Counted from the stretch's first letter, positions 22,795 through 32,918 are shown. The stretch: DNA of 64,000 nucleotides from an uncultured Alphaproteobacteria bacterium (GCA_910585375.1 CAJUCZ010000002.1:43285-107284), one strand, 5' to 3'. A program made the numbers and translations. The notes: generated by a model from the sequence alone, not told the origin.

Positions 22795-23394
22795 ATGAAA
22801 AAAGAAAAAATAGTTGATAACCGGAATACTGAGGAAAACCAAGCCCCCGAAGAGGATGCCGGCACGCTGGAAAACGAAGATGATACAATTGAAGAAAGCG
22901 TGGAAGAAGCCGTTGATTTAAGTCAGGAAATTGAAAAACTAAAAGCTGAAAACCTTGCTTTGAAAAATGAATTTCTAAGAGCTTATGCCGATGCCGAAAA
23001 CACCAAAAAGCGTTGTACTCAGGAAATTGAAAAAAACACCAAATATGCCATTTCATCTTTTGCCAAAGACCTGTTAAGCGTTGCCGACAACCTTCATCGC
23101 GCGATTGAAGCACTTCCGGAAGCAGAAAAAGCCAAATGTGAAGAAGCCAAAAATCTGCTGAAAGGCGTGGAACTGACAGAAGCCGAATTGATGAAAGTCT
23201 TTAACAAATTCGGAATTCAGAAAGTTGACAGCATGGGAAAAGTCTTTGACCCCAATTACCAAAGAGTTATTCAGGAAGTTGAAGACAAAGAAAAACCGGC
23301 GGGAACAATCATTGCCGAACTCCAAACCGGCTATACGATTAACGACCGCATCCTGCGCGAAGCCATGGTCGTCGTTACCAAAGGCGGAAAATAA
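22795..23394 (+). CDS. grpE: Nucleotide exchange factor GrpE
   Basis: 199 aa of GrpE family; no dnaK downstream. Confidence 0.9.
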   Translation: MKKEKIVDNRNTEENQAPEEDAGTLENEDDTIEESVEEAVDLSQEIEKLKAENLALKNEFLRAYADAENTKKRCTQEIEKNTKYAISSFAKDLLSVADNLHRAIEALPEAEKAKCEEAKNLLKGVELTEAELMKVFNKFGIQKVDSMGKVFDPNYQRVIQEVEDKEKPAGTIIAELQTGYTINDRILREAMVVVTKGGK

Positions 23395-23415
23395 ACACCG
23401 GTAAAAACAAATCCG

Positions 23416-23451
23416 TATCTGCCTGCTTATGCAGGCAGTATTACGTTTAAA
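23416..23451. terminator. Hairpin element atctgcctgcttatgcaggcag+tattacgtttaaat (copy 2 of the repeated terminator module)
   Basis: Near-identical to 10088-10123. Confidence 0.55.
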
Positions 23452-23551
23452 TTCCCAAATCATTTTATCCGGCACAAATTTTCTTGACAAAATATCGATA
23501 AACATATATCTTTCTTCATGAAATTTAATTAATTATAAATTATTATTTATT

Positions 23552-24451
23552 ATGGAAAATCTTTTGATTATTTCTATCAGTTCAGCACTGGTTGGATTTT
23601 GCATTTTATATGGTGCAGCTAAATTAAAACAACTTCTTAAAGAATTTGAAAAGCAGAACATTACCCCCTCGACATCTACTGCTCCGGAACAAATTGTCAA
23701 AATTTACTGGACAGAAGAAAATTACCAACGGAAGCGGACAAGGGTCTGGCTGCTTATGATTGGCATCTCGGCAACAATTATGTTGTTTGGATTCGGTGGA
23801 AGCTATTGTTTACAGAACAAGGAAAAATGGGCAGCTGAAGCAGAACAAAAAAAACAGGAAAAGCTCCGGAAATTAAACTGTTCACCCAAAGTTGAACAAT
23901 CCAAATCTGCAGATCAAATCCCGTGGTATTCTGAAGAGGCCGTTTTAAACCGTTTTGCCCGGTACAAAACCGCAAAATTGGATAAAACAGAGCTTAAGCT
24001 TCAGGCGCTGCAAAAAAAGATAACAGAAATCGATGCTGCAAAACCAACATCCGGCTATACAGAAAAAGAAATCTGTTATCATGAAAAAAAGACAGCCTTG
24101 TGTGCAGAAAGAGACAAACAAATTACAGAATTGGAAAAGATAAAAAAGCTTACACTGCAAAATTGGAGCTTGTGTATCTTAAATGTCCTATTTTATTTCT
24201 TTTTCCCTTTATCAAGTATTATACTTTGTTTTACTAATATAAATGAGGGGCGCTACAAAGTTTTTCTCTGCAAAATTGTTTTAACAATCATAATCCTCTA
24301 TTGGTTGCTTTTTATAAGCGGTAGTTTTACATTCGGCTTTTATATGTTACCGGTTGATTATTCTGTCACAATTTTACTTAGCATGATAGTAACAATCACG
24401 TACGGCTGGTGTTCCATTTATTCAATAAAACAATTTCATCGAAATGCATAA
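23552..24451 (+). CDS. Hypothetical membrane protein with a central coiled-coil, low GC
   Basis: N-terminal TM, K/E-rich central helix and C-terminal multi-TM region. Codon usage is AT-rich relative to neighbours. Confidence 0.45.
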   Translation: MENLLIISISSALVGFCILYGAAKLKQLLKEFEKQNITPSTSTAPEQIVKIYWTEENYQRKRTRVWLLMIGISATIMLFGFGGSYCLQNKEKWAAEAEQKKQEKLRKLNCSPKVEQSKSADQIPWYSEEAVLNRFARYKTAKLDKTELKLQALQKKITEIDAAKPTSGYTEKEICYHEKKTALCAERDKQITELEKIKKLTLQNWSLCILNVLFYFFFPLSSIILCFTNINEGRYKVFLCKIVLTIIILYWLLFISGSFTFGFYMLPVDYSVTILLSMIVTITYGWCSIYSIKQFHRNA

Positions 24452-24589
24452 TTTCAAACAAATCTGACCGCGGGGCAATTTTTGCCCCGCATTTTTTGTA
24501 CCAGACTTCCATAGGAATAATCTTAAAAAAATGCTGTTTGTGAAGCAAAAACTGATGTACAAAAAATAAGAAGAAAAGAAACAAGCATG

Positions 24590-24950
24590 ACTGGTCTTAA
24601 AAAATTAAAACTTGATATATGAGGCAGATAATAAGAAAAGAAAATTTTGGCGACAGAAGTGTATAGAGACATACATGACTTACCAAAATTTCCTTTTCTG
24701 TATTAGGTGCCCATAGTTTTATAAAACCGCGGAGAATGAGTCGAATAATAAGATTTTAGGGTGGAGAAAGCGGAGTGTACAAAGTAGTACATGAGCATTT
24801 CTCCAACCCGCTAAATCTGTATTAGTCGGCCATTATGCGCGTTTTTTAAAACTTGATAAAGGCCGATGCTATTTGTGGAGCAAAATTCGACGTGTACAAA
24901 AAATAGTACACGAGAATTTTGAAACGCAAATTTGATCGGCCTTTTGCAAG
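24590..24950. repeat. Cluster A of nested palindromic repeat units (3 units)
   Basis: Units are bounded by (g)ataataaga ... ctgtattag, with a gYgtac-N6-9-gtacRYga core and self-complementary arms. Inter-unit motif tataaaaccgcggagaatgag; terminal ttatgcgcgtttttt. Confidence 0.7.
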
Positions 24951-24952
24951 TT

Positions 24953-25690
24953 TTATATCATGGCCATTCCGCCATTAATATTAATAGTCTGTCCCGTAAT
25001 ATATTGCGCTTCATCAGACGCAAGGAATGCAACAACGTTTGCAATATCCTGAGCTTCACCAAGCTTGCCTTCCGGAATTTTGGCCAAAAGAGCGGCTTTA
25101 ACATCATCTGGCAAAACATCTGTCATCGGCGTGCGGATAAAGCCCGGAGCAATTGAGTTTACGGTAATGCCGCGCGAACCGACTTCCTGAGCCAGACATT
25201 TGTTCATGGCAATCATACCGGCCTTGGAAGCGGAATAGTTGGCCTGACCGGCATTTCCGGTAACGCCGACAACCGAGGCAATACCGATAATACGACCGAA
25301 ACGGCGCTTCATCATGCCGCGAACGGCAGCTTTTGCCAATTTGAAACCGGCTGAAAGGTTAACATCCAAAACCAGTTGCCAGTCTTCATCACTCATTCTG
25401 ATAAAGAGATTGTCGCGTGTCAAACCGGCATTGTTTACCAAAATATCAATACGGCCAAGTTTTTCCTCAACTTTTTCAACCAAAGATTTTACATCTTCAG
25501 GATTTGTCAGGTTGGCGGTAAAAACCTCAACATTGGAACCCAACTCTTCCTTCAGCTTAAGCATCGGCTCTTCACGCATATCGGTCAAAGCCAGAGTTGC
25601 CCCCTGAGCATGCAGCGTACGGGCGATTTTATCACCCAGTCCGCCGGCGGCACCGGTAATCAGGGCAACTTTTCCATCTAATCTAAACAT
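24953..25690 (-). CDS. fabG: 3-oxoacyl-[ACP] reductase
   Basis: SDR with GxxxGxG; fabD-fabG order. Confidence 0.9.
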   Translation of the reverse strand: MFRLDGKVALITGAAGGLGDKIARTLHAQGATLALTDMREEPMLKLKEELGSNVEVFTANLTNPEDVKSLVEKVEEKLGRIDILVNNAGLTRDNLFIRMSDEDWQLVLDVNLSAGFKLAKAAVRGMMKRRFGRIIGIASVVGVTGNAGQANYSASKAGMIAMNKCLAQEVGSRGITVNSIAPGFIRTPMTDVLPDDVKAALLAKIPEGKLGEAQDIANVVAFLASDEAQYITGQTININGGMAMI

Positions 25691-25714
25691 ATATTTTCTC
25701 CATATTGTAATGAG

Positions 25715-26659
25715 TTAAAAACTTTTTGCGAGTTCTTCGATTTCAGCAGGCGAACCGGCTGATACGGTACTGATTTCTTTGTCGCTTCTCTTAATAATTC
25801 CCGAAAGCACTTTACCGGCACCCAACTCAACGGCATTGGTAACGCCTTGCTCTTTCATATAAATAACGGTTTCACGCCAACGGACGGATCCGGTAACCTG
25901 CTCAACCAAATGCTTTACAATTTCCTTCTCATCAGTAACGGCCTCAGCCAACACATTGGCAATCAGCGGAATTTGCGGCTTATGAGCTTCAACCTCAGCC
26001 AGAGCTCTGGCCATAACTTCGGCCGCCGGCCCCATCAACGGGCTGTGAAAAGGTGCGCTGACCGGCAGTTTGATACATCTTTTGGCACCAAATTCCGGCG
26101 CGATCTCAACAGCTTTTTCAATTGCCTGAATATGCCCGCTCAAAACGACCTGACCGTCGGCATTGTCATTGGCCGCCACACAGGTATATCCGCCTTCGGA
26201 ACAAGCCTCTGCCAGAGCCACGACATCCTTGAAAGACACACCGATAACGGCAGCCATACCGCCCACGCCGACCGGCACGGCTTTTTGCATGGCATCGCCG
26301 CGCGTTCTGAGCAATCTGGCTGTATCAGCCAAAGAAAACACACCGGCGGCACAAGCAGCGGAATACTCGCCGAGAGAATGTCCGGCAACAAAACTGGCCT
26401 TGTCTTTGAGCAACACACCAAACTCTTTTTCCAATACTCTGACAACGGCCATCGAGTGAGCCATCAAAGCCGGCTGCGCATTGGTCGTCAGCGTCAAATC
26501 ACTTTCCGGCCCTTCAGACATAATCTTAAACAAATCCTGCGAAAGAGCGTCGTTAACTTCCTGAAAGACCTCTTTGGCCGACTTAAAATTTTCTGCCAAT
26601 TCCTTGCCCATGCCCACAAATTGTGAGCCCTGACCCGGGAATACAAAAGCATATTTCAT
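25715..26659 (-). CDS. fabD: Malonyl CoA-ACP transacylase
   Basis: GHSLGE active-site motif. Confidence 0.9.
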   Translation of the reverse strand: MKYAFVFPGQGSQFVGMGKELAENFKSAKEVFQEVNDALSQDLFKIMSEGPESDLTLTTNAQPALMAHSMAVVRVLEKEFGVLLKDKASFVAGHSLGEYSAACAAGVFSLADTARLLRTRGDAMQKAVPVGVGGMAAVIGVSFKDVVALAEACSEGGYTCVAANDNADGQVVLSGHIQAIEKAVEIAPEFGAKRCIKLPVSAPFHSPLMGPAAEVMARALAEVEAHKPQIPLIANVLAEAVTDEKEIVKHLVEQVTGSVRWRETVIYMKEQGVTNAVELGAGKVLSGIIKRSDKEISTVSAGSPAEIEELAKSF

Positions 26660-26859
26660 TAAAACCTCTTTATTCTTATTAATATCGCGTTAAGGTTTAT
26701 CGATTATTGTTATAAAGTCAAGACAAAAACCCATTTTATACTATCGCAAAGCAGCAACAGAGAAAGAAAAAACGGCTGAAATTTATTGCCAAAATTAAGA
26801 ATTCTTTGAGAATTTCCGGCATATAATCCAGCCAAAACAAAGAAAACGGATATCTGATC

Positions 26860-29139
26860 ATGGCCAAGAAAAAGAAAAAAGAAAAAAGTTTTATTGTCAA
26901 AACCCTCTGGCGTTTCTGGGGTGCACTGTTGCTTCTGCTTTCGGTATATGCCTTGCTGAGCTGTGCCTTTTATCATATTGATGACAATTCTTTTCTGCTG
27001 GCTTCCGCAACACCGGTCAAAAACTTTTTAGGACACGGCGGCGCAAACACGGCCGCTTTCATCTTCAATTATTTCGGCATAGCGCTTTTTCCTTTTTTAT
27101 GCGCCGCTCTCTTCTGGGGTTTTAGCCTGATACGCCTGAAAAGGATGGAATTTGCAATCTGCCGCTCTTTGTCTTTTATTTTCGGCATTTTAACATTTTC
27201 CATGTTTTTAAGCCTTCTGCCCGACGTTACCGGAACTTTCCGGCTCGGCGGCACGGTCGGCAATTTGTTTGCCGGACATACCCTGACCTTATTCAAAAAG
27301 TTTTACGTTTATGGCTATGCCGATTGGATTTTCGGCACGATATTATTGCTGTCTTCAATATTCTTCTTCAACTTTGCCGCCGGAATCACATATCGCAACT
27401 GGTTTGCCCTTGGCCGCCGCATTGCCGGCTGGATTAAAACCGCCGCTTTATGGACTGTTGCCGCTTTCCGCTATATTTTCAGCTTTGCACCGCAATACCG
27501 CGAAGAAAATCCGGCAAAAACGGAAAAAGAAAAATCTCCGCGCCGCAAAAAAGAAAAAGCCGCCAGAGAAGAGAAAAAAGAACCCGGATTTGAAAAGTCC
27601 AAACCCTTCACGCCGGAACCCGCCGGCGACAACTACCAATACCCAAGCATGGACATCTTGTCCAAACCCAAAGAAAAAAGCACCCATACCGTCAGCCAGA
27701 AAGAACTGGATAAAATCGCACTCGATTTGGAAAACGTCCTGCAGGAATTCGGTATTAACGGCAAAATCGTCAAAATCCGCCCCGGACCGGTCGTCACGCT
27801 TTATGAACTTGAACCTGCTCCCGGCACCAAAACTGCCCGCGTTATCAGTCTGGCAGACGATATTGCCCGCTCAATGAGCGCCGTTTCCGTCCGCATTGCC
27901 GTTGTTCCGGGCAGCAACACCATTGGTATTGAAATGCCGAACCCGACCCGCGAAATCGTCTACCTGCGCGAATTGCTTGACAGCGACGAATTTCAAAATG
28001 CCAAAGGTGCATTAACCGTCACGCTGGGCAAAGACATCGGCGGCAAAAACATTTATGCCGACCTTGCCAAAATGCCGCACCTACTGGTTGCCGGTACGAC
28101 CGGTTCCGGTAAATCCGTCGGCGTCAACACCATGATTCTGTCGCTGTTGTATAAAATGCGTCCCGATGAATGCAAACTCATCATGATTGACCCGAAAATG
28201 CTCGAATTTTCGTTATATAACGGAATTCCGCACCTGTTGACACCGGTTATTACAGATCCGGCCAAAGCGGTTATCGGCTTAAAATGGGCGGTCAAGGAAA
28301 TGGAAGACCGCTACCGTGCCATGGCTCAACTGAACGTCCGCAACATTTCCGGTTATAATCAGAAACTGCGCGAGCTTAAAGCCAGCGGACAAAAGATAAA
28401 ACGCACCATACAAACCGGATTTGATGCCGAGACCGGCGCGCCGATTTATGAAGAACAAGACTTAGACCTTACGCCGCTGCCTTATATTGTCATTATTGTT
28501 GATGAAATGGCCGACCTGATGCTTGTCGCCGGCAAAGAAGTTGAAGCCGCCATCCAGCGGCTGGCACAAATGGCGCGTGCCGCCGGCCTGCACCTGATTA
28601 TGTCCACCCAGCGCCCGTCCGTAGACGTCATCACCGGCACTATCAAAGCTAACTTCCCGACCCGCATAAGCTTTCAGGTTACTTCCAAAATCGACAGCCG
28701 TACCATTCTGGGCGAACAAGGCGCCGAACAACTGCTCGGCATGGGTGATATGCTCTATATGCCGGCCGGCCAACGCCCGTTGCGCGTTCACGCCGGATTC
28801 GTCAAAGACAGTGAGATTGAAAGCATCGTCGAATTCTTAAAAGCGCAAAAAGCACCGGAATATGTTGAAGGCGTAACTGAAGGACAGCTGAACGAAAAAG
28901 ACAGCGGTGCCGTCTTTGACAAAGGCAACTTCGGCGGAGGCACCGGCGGCGGGGAAGATGATTTGTATGCTCAGGCCGTAGCCATCGTCAAAAACGATAA
29001 AAAAACCTCCATCAGCTATGTCCAGCGCCGTCTGAGAATTGGGTATAACAAAGCGGCAACATTGATTGAGCGCATGGAAGAAGAAGGCATTATCAGCGCC
29101 CCCGACCATGCCGGCAAACGGGAAATTCTGGAAGGATAA
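26860..29139 (+). CDS. ftsK: DNA translocase FtsK
   Basis: N-terminal TM region, proline/lysine-rich linker, Walker A GTTGSGKS and C-terminal gamma domain. Confidence 0.9.
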   Translation: MAKKKKKEKSFIVKTLWRFWGALLLLLSVYALLSCAFYHIDDNSFLLASATPVKNFLGHGGANTAAFIFNYFGIALFPFLCAALFWGFSLIRLKRMEFAICRSLSFIFGILTFSMFLSLLPDVTGTFRLGGTVGNLFAGHTLTLFKKFYVYGYADWIFGTILLLSSIFFFNFAAGITYRNWFALGRRIAGWIKTAALWTVAAFRYIFSFAPQYREENPAKTEKEKSPRRKKEKAAREEKKEPGFEKSKPFTPEPAGDNYQYPSMDILSKPKEKSTHTVSQKELDKIALDLENVLQEFGINGKIVKIRPGPVVTLYELEPAPGTKTARVISLADDIARSMSAVSVRIAVVPGSNTIGIEMPNPTREIVYLRELLDSDEFQNAKGALTVTLGKDIGGKNIYADLAKMPHLLVAGTTGSGKSVGVNTMILSLLYKMRPDECKLIMIDPKMLEFSLYNGIPHLLTPVITDPAKAVIGLKWAVKEMEDRYRAMAQLNVRNISGYNQKLRELKASGQKIKRTIQTGFDAETGAPIYEEQDLDLTPLPYIVIIVDEMADLMLVAGKEVEAAIQRLAQMARAAGLHLIMSTQRPSVDVITGTIKANFPTRISFQVTSKIDSRTILGEQGAEQLLGMGDMLYMPAGQRPLRVHAGFVKDSEIESIVEFLKAQKAPEYVEGVTEGQLNEKDSGAVFDKGNFGGGTGGGEDDLYAQAVAIVKNDKKTSISYVQRRLRIGYNKAATLIERMEEEGIISAPDHAGKREILEG

Positions 29140-29173
29140 CCTGGCTTTACAATCCCAATAACAAGGAAAATCA

Positions 29174-29695
29174 ATGACCAGAGAATTCAAGGTTTCTAAA
29201 TCCCGTTGTTACATTATCAGTTTTATAACATTTTCAGCGGTTCTTTCTTGTGGCATCCTTCTTTTTCTTTACGCGGGAAATCCTAAAAAAAACATAGATC
29301 TCATTTTCTGTGGTATTATTTGTTTATTTTCCTCATATCAGTGCTTAAAATTTTTACAGTTCGGAAATCAAAAAAAATCTATCTTAAGCATAACCCCGCA
29401 AGGAATTATAGATAACCTTTGCAAATATGGCTTTATCCACTATTCCGAAATTATAAATATCGAACTGATAACCTACAAAAATAATAAAATGATAGAAATT
29501 AATGTTTATGACCTCAGTAATATTTTACAAAGACTATCAAAGTTCCAACAATTTTACAAAAAAATAGACAGGCCATTTTTCAGAAACAATATTCGAATCC
29601 CTACCTTTATTTTTCAAGATGATCCCAAGGAGATTGTCAATACTCTCCGCAATGCCTTAAACGAATATCAGCACCAAACAACAAATAATAACTAA
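29174..29695 (+). CDS. Hypothetical small membrane protein, low GC
   Basis: Two N-terminal TM helices and an AT-rich composition; followed by repeat cluster B. Confidence 0.4.
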   Translation: MTREFKVSKSRCYIISFITFSAVLSCGILLFLYAGNPKKNIDLIFCGIICLFSSYQCLKFLQFGNQKKSILSITPQGIIDNLCKYGFIHYSEIINIELITYKNNKMIEINVYDLSNILQRLSKFQQFYKKIDRPFFRNNIRIPTFIFQDDPKEIVNTLRNALNEYQHQTTNNN

Positions 29696-29699
29696 CTCT

Positions 29700-29978
29700 G
29701 TGTCTCTGGAAAGTCTTGGCAAGCGCAGAAAGCGTAAGCAACCGCAGCAAGCCTGGATGCCTAAGTCAGATAATAAGAAAAAAGAATTTTAGCGACAGAA
29801 GTGTACGTAGTGGTACATGACTTAGCTAAAATTCTTTTTTCTGTATTAGGGTTTTATAAAAACGCGGAGAAAGAGGCTGGTAATAAGAAATAAAAAAGGA
29901 AGTACCGCAGCGTACATAGTAGTACGTGAGGAAACTTCCTTTTGCTATTTCTGTATTAATAGCCCTTTATACGCGTTT
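29700..29978. repeat. Cluster B of nested palindromic repeat units (2 units) plus the cttggcaagc...gcaaccgcagc sub-repeat
   Basis: Unit B1 has a perfect 18-bp stem agaaaaaagaattttagc/gctaaaattcttttttct around a gtgtacgtagtggtacatgac core. Unit B2 is flanked by the inverted tataaaaacgcgg / cgcgttttttata. Confidence 0.7.
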
Positions 29979-29979
29979 T

Positions 29980-32391
29980 TTATATTTTCATCTTGTAGAA
30001 GGACCGATATACAAATATCAACCCCAACAATAAGAAGAAAATACCCAGCCCCAGAGAAACACATCTCGGAGCGGCAACAGCCATTTCTACTGCCAGCAAT
30101 CCGAACAAAGTCGTAAACTTGATAATCGGATTGAGAGCAACGGAAGACGTATCTTTGAACGGATCACCGACCGTATCGCCGACAACAGTAGCGTCATGCA
30201 ACGGCGTACCTTTCTCATTCAAATCAACCTCAACCACTTTCTTGGCATTATCCCATGCGCCGCCGGCATTCGCCATAAACAGCGCTTGGAACAAACCAAA
30301 CACGGCAATTGAAATCAGATAGCTTGCAAACAGGTTTGCATCAAAGCAGGCAAACGCAATCGTAAAAGAAAAGATTACGATAAAGATGTTAAACATGCCC
30401 TTTTGCGCATAGATTGTGCAAATTTTTACAACTTTCTGAGAATCTTTCTTAGACGCAGCTTTTTTACCGTCAAGTTTGATGTGACTCTTAATAAAGTCAA
30501 CCGCTCGGTAAGCACCGGTCGAAACCGCCTGCATGGAAGCGCCCGAGAACCAGTAAATCACCGCACCGCCGAGAATCAGGCCGAACAGAACTTGCGGATC
30601 CAGCAGATTAAGCTTCAGGTTCAACAGCAAAATGATTGAGAAAATCATCGTTGTAGCTCCGATAACCGCCGTACCGATAAGAACCGGCTTGGCCGTTGCC
30701 TTAAAGGTGTTTCCGGCACTGTCATTAGCTTCCAGCAAATGCTTTCCTTGCTCAAAATTCGGTTTAAATCCGTATTTTTTCTCAATCTCTTTGTCCACGT
30801 TTTTAACGCTTTCAATCTGAGACAGCTCAAAAACGGACTGTGCATTGTCGGTAACCGGACCATAGCTGTCTACGGCAATAGTCACCGGCCCCATGCCAAG
30901 CATCCCGAATGCCACCAGACCGAAAGCAAAAACCGACGGATAAACCATAAAGTCGCCCAAACCGGACTGCGCGGTAAAGAAAGCGATAACCATCAAACCG
31001 ACCATGACCATTCCCTGCCAGAAAGCGGAAAAGTTACCGGCAACGATACCGGAAATAATGTTCAGAGAAGCACCGGCTTCACGGCTGGATTTGACGATTT
31101 CCTGAACATGCTGTGACTTGGACGATGTAAAGATTTTGGTAAACTCCGGAATCAGAGCCGCCGCCAAAGTACCGCAGCTGATAATCAGAGAAAGACGCCA
31201 CCACAAATCCGGACTGATATCGCCGATCATCACATAAGAAACACCAAAAGTGACGGCAATCGAAATGATTGAAGTAAACCAGATCAGGCTTGTCAGCGGT
31301 TTTTCAAAATCAAAGAATTCTTTTTTGCCGTAAAGGGCAGAAGAAACTTTATTGTTAAACCAGTAAGAAATCAGCGATGTAATAATCATCAGGATACGCA
31401 TTGCAAAAATCCAGACAATCAGACGAGCCTGAAAATCAATACCGTTCGGCATCAACGCCAAATCGCCGTTCGGGGCATACATCATGCCGGCACCGAGAAC
31501 GATAAAGCTGATAAGAGCCACGCCGGTCACGCCGTAAGTTTCAAAACCATCGGCAGTGGGTCCGACGGAGTCGCCGGCATTATCACCGGTACAGTCGGCA
31601 ATCACTCCCGGATTGCGAACGTCATCCTCACCGATTTTGAAAATAATCTTCATCAGGTCGGCCCCAATATCGGCAATCTTTGTAAAAATGCCGCCGCAAA
31701 TACGCAAAGCTGCCGCACCCAGAGATTCGCCGATGGCAAATCCGATAAAGCAGGCGCCGGCGCTTTCTTTCGGCACAAACAAAAGAATGGCAATCATCAT
31801 AATCAGCTCAACGCAAATCAGCAAAACGCCGATAGACATGCCGGAACGCAACGGCAGGCTCATAACCTTATAAGCCTTGGCTTCCAAAGAAGAAAAAGCC
31901 GTTCGGGCATTGGCATAGTTGTTAATGCGCATACCGAACCAAGCCACGGAATAAGAACCGAGAATTCCCAAAACTGACCAGGAAAGAATAGTCAGAACTT
32001 TGGGCATCGGCGTTGCGTTAAGATAATAGAAATAGTAGAAAATACAGACCGCAATAAACACTTCCAGAACCAACAGCAGTTTAGCCTGTTGTTTCATATA
32101 AGTTTTGCAGGTTGCATAAATCAGTTCCGAAACCTTCAGCATGGCATCATGAGCCGGCATTTTTTTGATCTTAAGAAACTCATACAAACCAAAAAGCATA
32201 CCCAAAACACAGATACTCATGCCATACAGCAAAATCTGCGAACCCAGAACAGAATAACCGAAGATGTTGTATTCCACATCCAAAGACGGAATTTTGAGGT
32301 CAATTTCAGAAGCATATGCCCCCTGAACAACCCCGACCAGCGCCAGCATCAGCGCACCGGCAAAGGTCTTAAAATTTTTCAAACCAAACAT
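29980..32391 (-). CDS. hppA: Membrane-bound proton-translocating pyrophosphatase
   Basis: 803 aa, multi-TM, with H+-PPase signatures GDTVGDPFKDT and DNAGG. Confidence 0.9.
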   Translation of the reverse strand: MFGLKNFKTFAGALMLALVGVVQGAYASEIDLKIPSLDVEYNIFGYSVLGSQILLYGMSICVLGMLFGLYEFLKIKKMPAHDAMLKVSELIYATCKTYMKQQAKLLLVLEVFIAVCIFYYFYYLNATPMPKVLTILSWSVLGILGSYSVAWFGMRINNYANARTAFSSLEAKAYKVMSLPLRSGMSIGVLLICVELIMMIAILLFVPKESAGACFIGFAIGESLGAAALRICGGIFTKIADIGADLMKIIFKIGEDDVRNPGVIADCTGDNAGDSVGPTADGFETYGVTGVALISFIVLGAGMMYAPNGDLALMPNGIDFQARLIVWIFAMRILMIITSLISYWFNNKVSSALYGKKEFFDFEKPLTSLIWFTSIISIAVTFGVSYVMIGDISPDLWWRLSLIISCGTLAAALIPEFTKIFTSSKSQHVQEIVKSSREAGASLNIISGIVAGNFSAFWQGMVMVGLMVIAFFTAQSGLGDFMVYPSVFAFGLVAFGMLGMGPVTIAVDSYGPVTDNAQSVFELSQIESVKNVDKEIEKKYGFKPNFEQGKHLLEANDSAGNTFKATAKPVLIGTAVIGATTMIFSIILLLNLKLNLLDPQVLFGLILGGAVIYWFSGASMQAVSTGAYRAVDFIKSHIKLDGKKAASKKDSQKVVKICTIYAQKGMFNIFIVIFSFTIAFACFDANLFASYLISIAVFGLFQALFMANAGGAWDNAKKVVEVDLNEKGTPLHDATVVGDTVGDPFKDTSSVALNPIIKFTTLFGLLAVEMAVAAPRCVSLGLGIFFLLLGLIFVYRSFYKMKI

Positions 32392-32620
32392 ATAATTTTC
32401 CTTATAGTTGATATTAACAAACCAACAGAAGCCAGACAGTTTCCCGCTGTGGTTATACCCGATATCTTATTCTTTTTTTCTAAACAATAGGTTAAGAATC
32501 GGCAAATATAATTTTCTGGCTCAGTCAACCAAAATATTATTGGAAAAGAAAAAGATTTATTTTGGAATTGTCCTTTGCCTGTGCTATGATAATTGTTGAA
32601 TGATTTTGAGGAGACTGACG

Positions 32621-32878
32621 ATGAAAAAATTATTGATATTAGGGGCATTGCTGGCTGTTGGCGCCTGCGCCGCTTCAGAACCGAAAGTAAAAGAAACCTA
32701 TCCCTACGGCATGAACGAAAAAGAATGGAACCAGCTTTCCATAAAAGACAAAGCTGCCATCCGCAGAGATTTTTATTTCTATGAAAAAGGCTCGACTTCT
32801 TTTGTCAATCCGCAACTTGTTGTCGAAGGCCGTCAGGACAGCAATCAAAATGTTTTTTTAAAACAGGAAAACAAATAG
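32621..32878 (+). CDS. Small lipoprotein (start moved to MKKLLILGALLAVGAC with GAGGAG RBS)
   Basis: Signal peptide plus lipobox VGAC. Confidence 0.5.
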   Translation: MKKLLILGALLAVGACAASEPKVKETYPYGMNEKEWNQLSIKDKAAIRRDFYFYEKGSTSFVNPQLVVEGRQDSNQNVFLKQENK

Positions 32879-32918
32879 ACCGACAAAAAAAGAAAACGTT
32901 AATCGGTCGATAAAATAA

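Noticed and set aside
22653-22865. N-terminal 71-aa extension of the GT5 glycosyltransferase ORF
   Set aside because: It translates an AT-rich divergent promoter region and would overlap the grpE start by 70 nt. An internal ATG with an upstream purine-rich stretch gives a normal N-terminus.
24590-24950. CRISPR array as the explanation for the repeat clusters
   Set aside because: Units are hairpins with different arm sequences, not identical direct repeats. There are no regularly sized unique spacers and no cas genes in the window.
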